From the IMG/VR virus record IMGVR_UViG_3300034195_000009, positions 1 through 53,017 of that record: a stretch of 53,017 nucleotides of DNA, one strand, 5' to 3'. The stretch is from a virus. Its lineage: Duplodnaviria > Caudoviricetes. Made by a program: the position numbers and the translations under genes. Of the stretch, positions 17,716 to 25,510 are shown piece after piece. Numbering within the stretch: the first letter of the stretch is position 1; each line of letters opens with the position of its first letter. The notes below the pieces were generated by a model. That model had not been told where the DNA came from. It saw only the letters and a program-made list of their open reading frames with translations, and did no database searches.

Positions 17716-18143
17716 CGCTCGGCCACCTTCAGGAAGGTCACGACGTCGTTCCCCAGCGAGTCGATGTCGTAGCCGTTGATCAGCCGAAGGCGCAGCTCGT
17801 GCGCCGCGGCCTTGATCTCCATCAGCTCGACCAGCACGGCGGTACCGTCCTGCACAGTGAAGGCCATCACCCAGTCGGCCAGCTGCCCCTCGCCGTAGCC
17901 GTTCGGGCGCCAGACGACGAAGGGCACATCGGCTCCGGCGTTCCGGCGAGCCTGGCGCAGCGCGGACAGCAGGTCGCCGTCAGCCGTTGCCTTGATCTCC
18001 GGCGCATAGCCGACCATTCCCTTGATGTCGCGGCCGGTCATGGCGCCCTCGACAGCCCAGGCGCCGGGCCACCAGGCGCGCCAGTAGTTCGCGATCAGTT
18101 GCTGGGTCTTGCGACCCCGGCGGACTCTTGCCGTCGCCATCAC
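17712..18143 (-). CDS. Holliday junction resolvase-like PD-(D/E)XK nuclease
   Basis: RRGRKTQ..IA.YW, GRDIKG, EIKA, ALRQA pattern of actinophage resolvases. Confidence 0.7.
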   Translation of the reverse strand: MMATARVRRGRKTQQLIANYWRAWWPGAWAVEGAMTGRDIKGMVGYAPEIKATADGDLLSALRQARRNAGADVPFVVWRPNGYGEGQLADWVMAFTVQDGTAVLVELMEIKAAAHELRLRLINGYDIDSLGNDVVTFLKVAER

Positions 18144-18168
18144 GTCCCCTCTCGGTCGAATGCGTAGC

Positions 18169-18405
18169 TTACTCCTCCGGAGGACTATCCGGCGAGTCGA
18201 TCCGGCGCTTGCCGTCGGCGCCGTGGATGAACCGGCGCCGATGCGTATTCCATCTCACGATCGTCGACCGGCGCCAGAGCCGGACCCGACCGCGCTGGGC
18301 GTCCGGCGCTGGGGCGTAGGCCTTCTCCACCCGGGCTCTGAAGTCACGCGGAACCAGGCCGCACAGTGTGGCGGCTTCCGTGCTGGTAATCCACTCATCG
18401 CTCAT
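18169..18405 (-). CDS. AlpA/MerR-like HTH DNA-binding protein (candidate switch regulator)
   Basis: WITSTEAATLCG...APAPD...RLWRRSTIVRW; -10-like TATTGT 6 nt upstream suggests a leaderless start. Confidence 0.7.
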   Translation of the reverse strand: MSDEWITSTEAATLCGLVPRDFRARVEKAYAPAPDAQRGRVRLWRRSTIVRWNTHRRRFIHGADGKRRIDSPDSPPEE

Positions 18406-18533
18406 GCCTAGACAATATCCTCTAGAGGTACAGATTCGTCGACGGCAGTTGCTCGGTGTCACTCTGTGTGATGTGACGTAGACCACAGCGTGTACACGTC
18501 GATACGGCTTGCATTAGTCCTCCCGAGGAGTAG
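18170..18533. promoter_or_regulatory. Operator-like palindromes TCCTC-NN-GAGG
   Basis: Copies at 18170-18187, 18418-18428 and 18515-18532; another at 11023-11033. Confidence 0.6.
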
Positions 18534-18536
18534 TGT
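18509..18536 (+). promoter_or_regulatory. Rightward early promoter
   Basis: TTGCAT-N16-TAGTGT with the palindrome occupying the spacer. Confidence 0.6.
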
Positions 18537-18542
18537 TCCTCT

Positions 18543-18760
18543 TGTAAGGCAAGCGGTTGGAAGAGCCACCAGGCCCGCACCACAAAGCCCGGTCAGACTG
18601 TCACCGCAACAGAGGCTAAAATCCCCCGCCAGCTAGAGCGGACCGGTCCCTCTGAGAAGGAATCGTCGCCCGCCACACAGGCCGCCGACGTCAAGCCTTA
18701 CACCTTCGCCCGTTGGGGTTCAACGATGAAAGCCGGTCCGACTCCGGCTTCGGGCGCTTT
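18543..18760 (+). ncRNA. Putative structured leader / small RNA
   Basis: TGTAAGGC (18543) pairs with GCCTTACA (18695); nested stems at 18707-18756 with a T-arm-like hairpin. Confidence 0.35.
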
Positions 18761-18785
18761 CCCAACCCATCACCAGGAGGACGTC

Positions 18786-19031
18786 ATGAACGCCACGATT
18801 AAGGCCGTCAAGATCACAGACGAGCGCACCGGATCCGAAGCAACCGTCGTTCGCTGGCAGGTCGGGATCATCCTGACCCGCTGGTATGACACAAGCGTAT
18901 TCGAAACGCGCCGGGCGATCAGCGATATCGAGCTGGCCATCAGGGAAGGCAGCACGGAAGGCCTTTACCACCTCGAAGAGTGCGCCGATCTTCTCGGATG
19001 CACGATCGAGATCGAACGGAGCGACTCATGA
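18786..19031 (+). CDS. Hypothetical early protein
   Basis: Strong AGGAGG RBS. Confidence 0.7.
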   Translation: MNATIKAVKITDERTGSEATVVRWQVGIILTRWYDTSVFETRRAISDIELAIREGSTEGLYHLEECADLLGCTIEIERSDS

Positions 19032-19435
19032 GTCAAGACGTCGCATACGCCGAGTGCTGCGAACACTGCCACGCAGAGAACGGGCAGGATCACCACAAGG
19101 GATGTCCAGAGCTTCTCTGGCACATTCACATCAGCGAGTCGTCGTCGGACTGCGACGGCCCGCATGAGCACGACCGGATCGAACCGGGTCGCCTGGATGC
19201 CTACTTCGCCTTGTGTCACGTGCCGTACACCTTCGAGGGCGACGGCACGTTCAGCCGAACAGTCGAGTATGTCCCCGAGGGGCCCGGCCACGAAGAGGAT
19301 TCCCTTACCCGCCTGATCTTCTCCGGCCCGACGGACGAGGGATATCACAGCATCGAGTTTCGGGAATGCAGCGACGATTGCGACCAGGGCAAGCGTTCAC
19401 AGCGCGACGTGTTCGCCGAGCGAATGGGCTACTGA
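19028..19435 (+). CDS. Acidic Cys/His-rich hypothetical protein
   Basis: ATGA coupling; ends RDVFAERMGY. Confidence 0.65.
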   Translation: MSQDVAYAECCEHCHAENGQDHHKGCPELLWHIHISESSSDCDGPHEHDRIEPGRLDAYFALCHVPYTFEGDGTFSRTVEYVPEGPGHEEDSLTRLIFSGPTDEGYHSIEFRECSDDCDQGKRSQRDVFAERMGY

Positions 19436-19436
19436 C

Positions 19437-19595
19437 GTGGCCAGGTGCGAGGACTTCCCCTGCTGCGGCCACGGCCGGAGCGGCTGTGACGAGAGGGCGG
19501 AGTTCACTTCTGAGTTCTGGATGAAGGCCATGTCAACCATGGATGAGGACGCATACGAACGCATGTGCGAAGAGATGGATGCCCAGGAAGGATGA
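19437..19595 (+). CDS. Small protein with RCEDFPCCGH motif (not in ORF track)
   Basis: GTG start directly after the upstream stop. Confidence 0.6.
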   Translation: MARCEDFPCCGHGRSGCDERAEFTSEFWMKAMSTMDEDAYERMCEEMDAQEG

Positions 19596-19599
19596 ATAA

Positions 19600-19773
19600 A
19601 TGCGCAGTCAGGCGGCACAACGACGATTGATGAGAATCGTTCAGGAGTATTCAGGCGGCAACTTCACCGAGGGGGAGATGATTCGCATCGCCGAGCAGAT
19701 CTGGACGGATCACGGGGAGGGCTGGACCAAGATCACAGAGGATGAGTTGATCGCGTACATGGACGGCTCCTAG
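19600..19773 (+). CDS. Small hypothetical protein (not in ORF track)
   Basis: MRSQAAQRRLMRIVQEYS...; AAGGA upstream. Confidence 0.5.
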   Translation: MRSQAAQRRLMRIVQEYSGGNFTEGEMIRIAEQIWTDHGEGWTKITEDELIAYMDGS

Positions 19774-19780
19774 CCGTCCC

Positions 19781-19862
19781 GCCCGGCACCGGGTCGAACC
19801 GGCGCCGGGCACTGAGCGTCCCCGCCTGCTGAGGCCCGACTCCGGGCGGGGGCGCTCCACCA
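19781..19862 (+). promoter_or_regulatory. Tandem GC-rich hairpins; the second has a tRNA 3'-half-like geometry
   Basis: Stems 19781-19810 and 19814-19857, followed by CACCA. Confidence 0.45.
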
Positions 19863-19911
19863 TGTCCGGCCGGGTTCACCGGCTGGTTCGCACTCACGAA
19901 AGGAATCGATC

Positions 19912-20589
19912 ATGTCCGAGCCGATGCCCGAGGGCACGATTCACGCCACGCGCGAACAGTGGCTGACCGCGGCCATCGACGCAGTGCGCCCCACCTTCGA
20001 TGAGGTGAACTACCCGCTTCCGAGGACGATTCACGTCTCGGTCGGCTTCGGCTACAACGGCGCCGCCGAGAACAAGCACATTCTCGCCCAGACCTGGGCG
20101 ACGGTGACCAGCGAGGACAGCAATCCGGCCGTCTTCATTTCGCCGGTGATAGCCACGGCGGAAGACGCGATCGGCGCCCTCATGCACGAGCTGGCCCATG
20201 TGGCCGACGACTGCGAGAACGGCCACCGCGGCCGGTTCGTCGAGATTGGCACTGCCATCGGCCTGGAAGGCAAGCCCACCCAGATGCTGCCGGGCGTCGC
20301 CACCGAAGCCATGATCTTCACCATCACGGCCATGCTCGGCACGTACCCACACTCGAAGCTCGACACGGCGAGGGTGCGTGTCGCCGTCAACCCCGACGGC
20401 ACGCCGTCCAGTGAACCGGCGAAGCGGGTGCGCACCGGTCCGGCCACGCAGACGAATCGCCACCTGGCGTGCATCTGCATGAATGCCGAGTGCGTGGCGA
20501 AGGGGTACCTGATCCGAACGTCCAGCAAGTGGATGGCGATCGCCGTCCCGAAGTGCCCCGTCTGTCTCACCGAGATGGACGTCTCCTGA
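19912..20589 (+). CDS. SprT-like zinc metalloprotease domain protein
   Basis: LMHELAH...GHRGRF; C-terminal Zn ribbon C..C...CPVC; AAAGGA RBS. Confidence 0.8.
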   Translation: MSEPMPEGTIHATREQWLTAAIDAVRPTFDEVNYPLPRTIHVSVGFGYNGAAENKHILAQTWATVTSEDSNPAVFISPVIATAEDAIGALMHELAHVADDCENGHRGRFVEIGTAIGLEGKPTQMLPGVATEAMIFTITAMLGTYPHSKLDTARVRVAVNPDGTPSSEPAKRVRTGPATQTNRHLACICMNAECVAKGYLIRTSSKWMAIAVPKCPVCLTEMDVS

Positions 20590-20600
20590 CCCCAGCGATA

Positions 20601-20626
20601 GGCCCGACCGGTTCGCCGGTCGGGCC
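20601..20626 (+). terminator. UUCG-loop hairpin
   Basis: 11-bp perfect stem GGCCCGACCGG-TTCG-CCGGTCGGGCC; no U-tract. Confidence 0.45.
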
Positions 20627-20639
20627 GGAAAGGCGCGCC

Positions 20640-20894
20640 ATGCACGTTTCCCCACTTTGCGAAGAGGCCCGCCTCGAAGTCAACCGACGCCGGAACCTCT
20701 GGCTGGAAGCCATAGACCGCCGATACGACTGGCTAGGGCTTCTCGACTCGCGAGGATATGAGGCCCCCGAGTACAAGGCCCTGAAAGCGGCGCAGAAGGT
20801 CGCCTGGACCGCCTGGCAACTGGCCTACGCGGCCTACTACTACACCGAGAAGGCATGTGCCGCTGAGCGCGGCGAAGAATGGGGATCGAAATGA
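20640..20894 (+). CDS. Hypothetical protein
   Basis: GAAAGG RBS. Confidence 0.6.
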   Translation: MHVSPLCEEARLEVNRRRNLWLEAIDRRYDWLGLLDSRGYEAPEYKALKAAQKVAWTAWQLAYAAYYYTEKACAAERGEEWGSK

Positions 20895-21529
20895 AGAAAT
20901 ACGTCGTGAAGTTCGAAAGGATCGGCCGCGCCCGGTCCGTCCGCGACTTCTACGCGGACGGACCGGATTCCATGGCCATGGCGCATGGCTGGGATGATTT
21001 CGCGCTGGAGATCGAGAAGTTCGCCGGGAGCTACCTGATCAGCGCTCAGTTCGACGTCGCGATTCTGCAGCAAGTCAATGGGGCTCCCGGTCTTCGGGTC
21101 CTGCTGGACGGCGGTCGGTTCGGAGAAGGCACGATCGAGCTCGCTCCGATCCTCTATGTCGAGGCAGTCATCCCTCAGGCGGGCGACATGGCCTATCACG
21201 TCACCCGTTCTCTGGATCCGCGCCCCGTCGATCGGGTGCGCTCGAATCTGAACGGCGACAAGGAGGTTTCGCTTCTGATCGGCGGCGTCAAGACCGACTG
21301 GATTCCGGCGTCGAACTACACCTTCAAGCGGCTGGTCGGCGCCGAGCCGACGGCGCCGGAGGCTCCGGCCGTACACAACTACTCCGGCGAGGTGGACAAG
21401 TGCCTGGGCTGCGGCAGGTCGGTCGGCCTGACGAAAACCGGTCGCTACCGCAAGCACGAAGGGGTGAACCGCCGGACGTGTAACAACTCCGGATATCTCT
21501 CCCGCCAGGCCAGGAAGGGCGCGCGATGA
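20891..21529 (+). CDS. Hypothetical multi-domain protein with C-terminal Zn finger
   Basis: CLGC...H...C at the C-terminus. Confidence 0.65.
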   Translation: MKKYVVKFERIGRARSVRDFYADGPDSMAMAHGWDDFALEIEKFAGSYLISAQFDVAILQQVNGAPGLRVLLDGGRFGEGTIELAPILYVEAVIPQAGDMAYHVTRSLDPRPVDRVRSNLNGDKEVSLLIGGVKTDWIPASNYTFKRLVGAEPTAPEAPAVHNYSGEVDKCLGCGRSVGLTKTGRYRKHEGVNRRTCNNSGYLSRQARKGAR

Positions 21530-21825
21530 AGCACTGCATCTTCTGCCCGGGCAAGCCTGTTGCGGCTGTCACCTGGCGCTGTACGGCCGGACGCTGGGCA
21601 CGCATGCGCTTCCCCAGGCTGAGGGCCTCCTGGCTGGTCACGGATCCCGTGTGCCAGGACCACTTGCTGACCTACCTCGATGCCGGGTACGACGTTCGGC
21701 GCATCTGGGGATTGGCCCCCGAGGACGTCGGCGAACTGACCTATCGTCACAAGCGAGTCGACGGCCTGGCGCACTACGAAGCCGCCGCGCTCGCCGTCCG
21801 GATGCACGACGCGGTGCACTCATGA
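21526..21825 (+). CDS. Hypothetical Zn-finger protein
   Basis: CIFC...CQDH. Confidence 0.6.
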   Translation: MKHCIFCPGKPVAAVTWRCTAGRWARMRFPRLRASWLVTDPVCQDHLLTYLDAGYDVRRIWGLAPEDVGELTYRHKRVDGLAHYEAAALAVRMHDAVHS

Positions 21826-22061
21826 TCTTCGCCTTCACCATGCCAGCGCGAGACGGCGAGCAGTTCGCCCCGGACGCTTTCGATTCGAACATCGGCAACA
21901 CGATCCGCCTCGGCGGCCCGATCGGGGCCGTGTCCGGCGTTGTGACCGCGGCCCGGGTCGCCGAGGACGGCTCGTCCGTCGAGCTGACCATCGACGCCAT
22001 CGAAGCGCCGGAGACATCGAACAGACTGATCGATGTCTTGCTCAGAGGGGAAGGAACATGA
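21822..22061 (+). CDS. Hypothetical protein
   Basis: ATGA coupling. Confidence 0.55.
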   Translation: MIFAFTMPARDGEQFAPDAFDSNIGNTIRLGGPIGAVSGVVTAARVAEDGSSVELTIDAIEAPETSNRLIDVLLRGEGT

Positions 22062-22483
22062 CACAGGAGCGGCTCGCCGACTGGCAAGACTCGGTCGATT
22101 GGGTGGCACTCGGCAGGGCCGTCGACGCCGAGAAGGTGCGCATGACGCACCACGAGGACCCGTCGCCGGTGCCGATCCAGGGCACGTACACCATTGAGGC
22201 GCTGCGCCGGGTGCTCGCTCACACGCCGCGCTACGGGCTGATAGAGGAGGCTCAAGCGGTCTACAACCGGGAGAGCCACGAGATCGTCAACCTGGGCAAT
22301 CTGGCGACGGCGAACCAGGCCCTGAAAGACCTTCGGCTGGCGCGTCGACTCGAAGGCGCTGACCTGCGCCGGGCCGTCGCCGAGGATCTGCGGGCGCAGG
22401 CCTGGCGAATCAAAGGGAAGTACAAGCTCGAAGGCTTCCAACTGGCCATCAAGTGGCTACAGGGAAGTGATCTAGGCGAATGA
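22058..22483 (+). CDS. Hypothetical protein
   Basis: RBS and coupling. Confidence 0.6.
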   Translation: MTQERLADWQDSVDWVALGRAVDAEKVRMTHHEDPSPVPIQGTYTIEALRRVLAHTPRYGLIEEAQAVYNRESHEIVNLGNLATANQALKDLRLARRLEGADLRRAVAEDLRAQAWRIKGKYKLEGFQLAIKWLQGSDLGE

Positions 22484-22776
22484 GGATCGTCGTCCTGATT
22501 CGCCCCGGCCCGTCGGCGGCGCTCCGGCACGTCTGCGAGCACTGCCGGGATCGCCACTGGCCGTCCGCTCCGGCCTTCAAGCAGGACGGCGTGCCCTTGG
22601 AGTACGAGGGCAGCTACTGCGCCAACTGCGGCCATGAGCTGCCCCCGGTGCACCCCGTGTGCTGCGCCTGGTGTTCGAAGCAAGGCTACATCGACTATGA
22701 CCGGGGGTTGGATATATCGGGCGAAGGTAATGAGTGGTACTGTCCGAAGCACCGCAATCCAGACAATCGAAGGTAG
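22480..22776 (+). CDS. Cys-rich multi-Zn-finger protein
   Basis: CEHC, CANC, CAWC, CPKH. Confidence 0.6.
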   Translation: MRIVVLIRPGPSAALRHVCEHCRDRHWPSAPAFKQDGVPLEYEGSYCANCGHELPPVHPVCCAWCSKQGYIDYDRGLDISGEGNEWYCPKHRNPDNRR

Positions 22777-22781
22777 GCACC

Positions 22782-22964
22782 ATGACCGACTATCTGACAC
22801 CGGCCGAAGTCGCCCGAGCGTTCTCCGTCGACCCGAAGACGGTGACCCGCTGGGCGAAGGCCGGGCGGCTCTCGTGCATCCGCACCCTCGGCGGTCACCG
22901 CCGTTTCGATCGGGCCGAGGTTGAGGCCCTGCTGGCTCGCTCGGCAGGAACGCGCCATGCCTGA
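22782..22964 (+). CDS. bldC: BldC-family MerR-like transcriptional regulator
   Basis: LTPAEVA..F.VDPKTVTRWAKAG.L..IRTLGGHRR closely matches the Streptomyces BldC signature. Confidence 0.92.
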   Translation: MTDYLTPAEVARAFSVDPKTVTRWAKAGRLSCIRTLGGHRRFDRAEVEALLARSAGTRHA

Positions 22965-23139
22965 GTCCTGGCGTGTTCGCTCGATCGAACGGCGCGGCGA
23001 CGGCCGGGGAAAGCCAGCGCCGGAGTGGAAGACACATCAATCCGATATCCGAACCTACGCGATGGCCGAGCGGATCAAGGCTCACCTGATCGCGCTCGGC
23101 GTCCGCAACGTGAGCATTTGGAAGGAAGACGGGTCGTGA
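22957..23139 (+). CDS. Hypothetical protein
   Basis: Overlapping ORF. Confidence 0.55.
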   Translation: MPESWRVRSIERRGDGRGKPAPEWKTHQSDIRTYAMAERIKAHLIALGVRNVSIWKEDGS

Positions 23140-23471
23140 ATCTCACCGTGTCGTGCTCAGCTCGAATCAGGGGACATATCGACTTCCCCGAAGGCGATTG
23201 GACCGTCATCGACCGACAGGGGAAGTCATTCGTCGTCACCAGGATTGATTTCGTGGTCGATCCTCGGCCGGAACTGCCCGCTGGATTCGTCATCGATTTC
23301 ATCTCAGCGAATGGCCGCAAGCTCAAGGCGAACGGAGAGCCAGGCGCCGTCGGCCACCGACTGTGGTTCGGTCAATCCTCCGGTGTCGATTCGGCTCATA
23401 TTCCAGCCGAAGTCCGCGGAGCTGCGGAGGTTGGCTACCGAGAACTGGTGGAGAGAGGACTTCCAGAGTGA
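23136..23471 (+). CDS. Hypothetical protein
   Basis: GTGA coupling. Confidence 0.55.
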   Translation: MNLTVSCSARIRGHIDFPEGDWTVIDRQGKSFVVTRIDFVVDPRPELPAGFVIDFISANGRKLKANGEPGAVGHRLWFGQSSGVDSAHIPAEVRGAAEVGYRELVERGLPE

Positions 23472-23737
23472 AGCATCCTCGACCGCGCTGCGCCGGATGT
23501 GAATTGACGCCGGAGCAGCTTGCCTACGGATTCTTTGCGGATATCGGTCAGTCGGCCGATGACTACGTCGAACAGGAAGAGGGCACCTTCGATCCGGAGA
23601 CCGGTGCCTTCCTCTGCGATGGGTGTTACATCGAGTTCGGCATGCCGACCGGACCGCGCGGCGGCTGGAAGGCAACCCCTGCCAATCTCTTCGCGATTGG
23701 AATCGAACGCGAGATTGAGATCAGAGTCGAAGGATGA
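23468..23737 (+). CDS. Hypothetical Zn-binding protein
   Basis: CAGC...EEGTFDPETGAFLCDGCYI. Confidence 0.6.
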   Translation: MKHPRPRCAGCELTPEQLAYGFFADIGQSADDYVEQEEGTFDPETGAFLCDGCYIEFGMPTGPRGGWKATPANLFAIGIEREIEIRVEG

Positions 23738-24099
23738 CTACCGCCTACGACGTCGAGCACTGCGGCAAGCACGCGGAGGATCGACGCAAGTGGATCGAGC
23801 TGGACCCCCAATCAGATACGGCCAAGCGCCTCGTCCGACCGGGGATCCGGCTCGTCCAGGTGGGCAGCGCAGCGAACCAGATGCGTCACCAACCGTCCTT
23901 CATGGACGACTTTCGGCGCATCGTCGGCGAGCAGACCAAGCTGATCGCTGAGATCTGCGCCAGTCGGGAGAACTGCGGCGAGGCCCCGCCGGATACCCGC
24001 TGCCCGAAGTGCCGCGTCGAGCGCTGCCCGATCTGCGGCGAATGCAAGAACATCAGTTGCACCGCTGACCAGTGGTGCGAAGAAAGGTGCACCCCATGA
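23734..24099 (+). CDS. Hypothetical Cys-rich protein
   Basis: CPKC, CPICGEC. Confidence 0.55.
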   Translation: MTTAYDVEHCGKHAEDRRKWIELDPQSDTAKRLVRPGIRLVQVGSAANQMRHQPSFMDDFRRIVGEQTKLIAEICASRENCGEAPPDTRCPKCRVERCPICGECKNISCTADQWCEERCTP

Positions 24100-24554
24100 C
24101 CCATCTGCCCCCGGATGTCCCCAGCCGATGGACGTCCGTCCCCTACCCTGGAACGATCCCGCCACGACGCACCGGGGCCATCGCGCTGGCCGTCTTCCTC
24201 GCGGTTGTCGTCGCCCTCGCCTGGACGGTGATCGCGCTGTTCGCCAGCTCCGCGCCGGTTGCCTCTCCCTCGGCCAGCACAGCATCCCCCGTCATCCTCG
24301 ATCCGAAGATCGAAGCGGCGAAGCGGATCCTTGCCGGATACCGAGCCAACCCCCAGCCGGGCGACGTGTACACGATCAGCCCGGAACGACTGGTTTACAT
24401 GGTCGCCCAAGAGTGCTCACAGCGGAAGCTTTCCGGCCAGGGCCTCGGCGTCGATCGCTGGCGCCGTGAGGGTCTGCTCATGAGTGGTGGTGCGCCGCCG
24501 ATCCCCTGCTGGGTGAAACCCCCGAACGACTTCACGACCATCCTCGGCAATTGA
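24096..24554 (+). CDS. Membrane-anchored hypothetical protein
   Basis: Single TM helix followed by a Ser/Pro linker. Confidence 0.6.
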   Translation: MTHLPPDVPSRWTSVPYPGTIPPRRTGAIALAVFLAVVVALAWTVIALFASSAPVASPSASTASPVILDPKIEAAKRILAGYRANPQPGDVYTISPERLVYMVAQECSQRKLSGQGLGVDRWRREGLLMSGGAPPIPCWVKPPNDFTTILGN

Positions 24555-24560
24555 ACGGCA

Positions 24561-24601
24561 GAAGGCCCGGACTCCCGTCGCTGGGAGTCCGGGCCTTTCT
24601 T
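24561..24601. terminator. Terminator between convergent operons
   Basis: 15-bp stem AAGGCCCGGACTCCC/GGGAGTCCGGGCCTT followed by TCTT. Confidence 0.8.
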
Positions 24602-24612
24602 GCGTTTGGGAC

Positions 24613-25314
24613 TCAGCTCGGCAGCCGGACACCGTTCTGTGAGTACCGGCCGTCGGCCACGTGCAGCACTCCGGCCGCTTGCAATTTCTTCACCTGGTAG
24701 TCGACCGAGTTCCGCGGCCGGTCCAGCTTGCGAACGATCTCCGCCAGCGTCGCCGGTTCGTCGACGGCCGACAGGATCAGCGTCGGCCAATCACCCTCGA
24801 CCGATTGGAGCAGAGCCGAACGAGGGGGCTCGGAAGCGGTCATGATCGGCCGCACGATCGTTTCTGGGGAACTTTCAGCTGTCACCCGAGCATCCGTGAC
24901 GGTGATGTGCCCCAGGCTGGCAGCGAGGCCCAGGACGATGACCGGCAGCGTCGAGACAGCCGCCGTCACGCCCCATGGCGCCTCGTGGACTCCCGCCGAG
25001 ACCATCACGTGCGAGACGGCCTGGCCGACGGCGCCGAGCGCCAGCGCGCCGATTGATGAGATCTTGGCGAAACGCTCGGCACGCCGAGAGGCCCTGCCAC
25101 TCAGCCAGACGTACAGGGCATAAGCGGCGTAGGTCTCCACCCCGACCGGCAGCAGAATGGCCGTGTCCAGCCGCCAGGAGGCCAGCGGCGTACCTGGCAG
25201 CGGATGCACCACGCCGAAGCCGGTCAGGGCGCCGATCATCACCCAGCCGGACCAGACGCCGACAAAGGCGGGTAGGGCCAGGACGTAAATCGGCCAGCGG
25301 ACGAGCGGTTTCAC
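24613..25314 (-). CDS. SpdA/DUF2637-like membrane protein with C-terminal wHTH
   Basis: PAFVGVWSGWV...HPLPG...LPVGVETYAAYAL...GQAVSH...LPVIVLG multi-TM block plus HTH; architecture typical of actinomycete conjugative-element spread proteins. Confidence 0.65.
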   Translation of the reverse strand: MKPLVRWPIYVLALPAFVGVWSGWVMIGALTGFGVVHPLPGTPLASWRLDTAILLPVGVETYAAYALYVWLSGRASRRAERFAKISSIGALALGAVGQAVSHVMVSAGVHEAPWGVTAAVSTLPVIVLGLAASLGHITVTDARVTAESSPETIVRPIMTASEPPRSALLQSVEGDWPTLILSAVDEPATLAEIVRKLDRPRNSVDYQVKKLQAAGVLHVADGRYSQNGVRLPS

Positions 25315-25348
25315 AACGATCTCCCGTCGATCGGTTGGATTGCGATTT

Positions 25349-25510
25349 CTAGCCGCGGACTTCTGTCGAACCCAGAGGGTCCGGATTGATGGGCGGCGCC
25401 TTCGGCCCGACGCAACTCTCCCGGTGATTCGCGTCCCAGGTCGTGACCTCGGCCAGCGATCGAGTCACGATCTTCGAACCGCACCGGTTGCATTCCATTT
25501 CGATCCGCAT
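25349..25510 (-). CDS. Small Zn-ribbon protein
   Basis: CNRC...W...H..C. Confidence 0.5.
   Translation of the reverse strand: MRIEMECNRCGSKIVTRSLAEVTTWDANHRESCVGPKAPPINPDPLGSTEVRG

Noticed and set aside
18648-18735. Hammerhead ribozyme (CTGAGAAG...GAAA)
   Set aside because: Core does not match CUGANGA and I could not build the three required stems
18707-18760. tRNA gene
   Set aside because: Too short; lacks D and anticodon arms; retained only as a tRNA-like element
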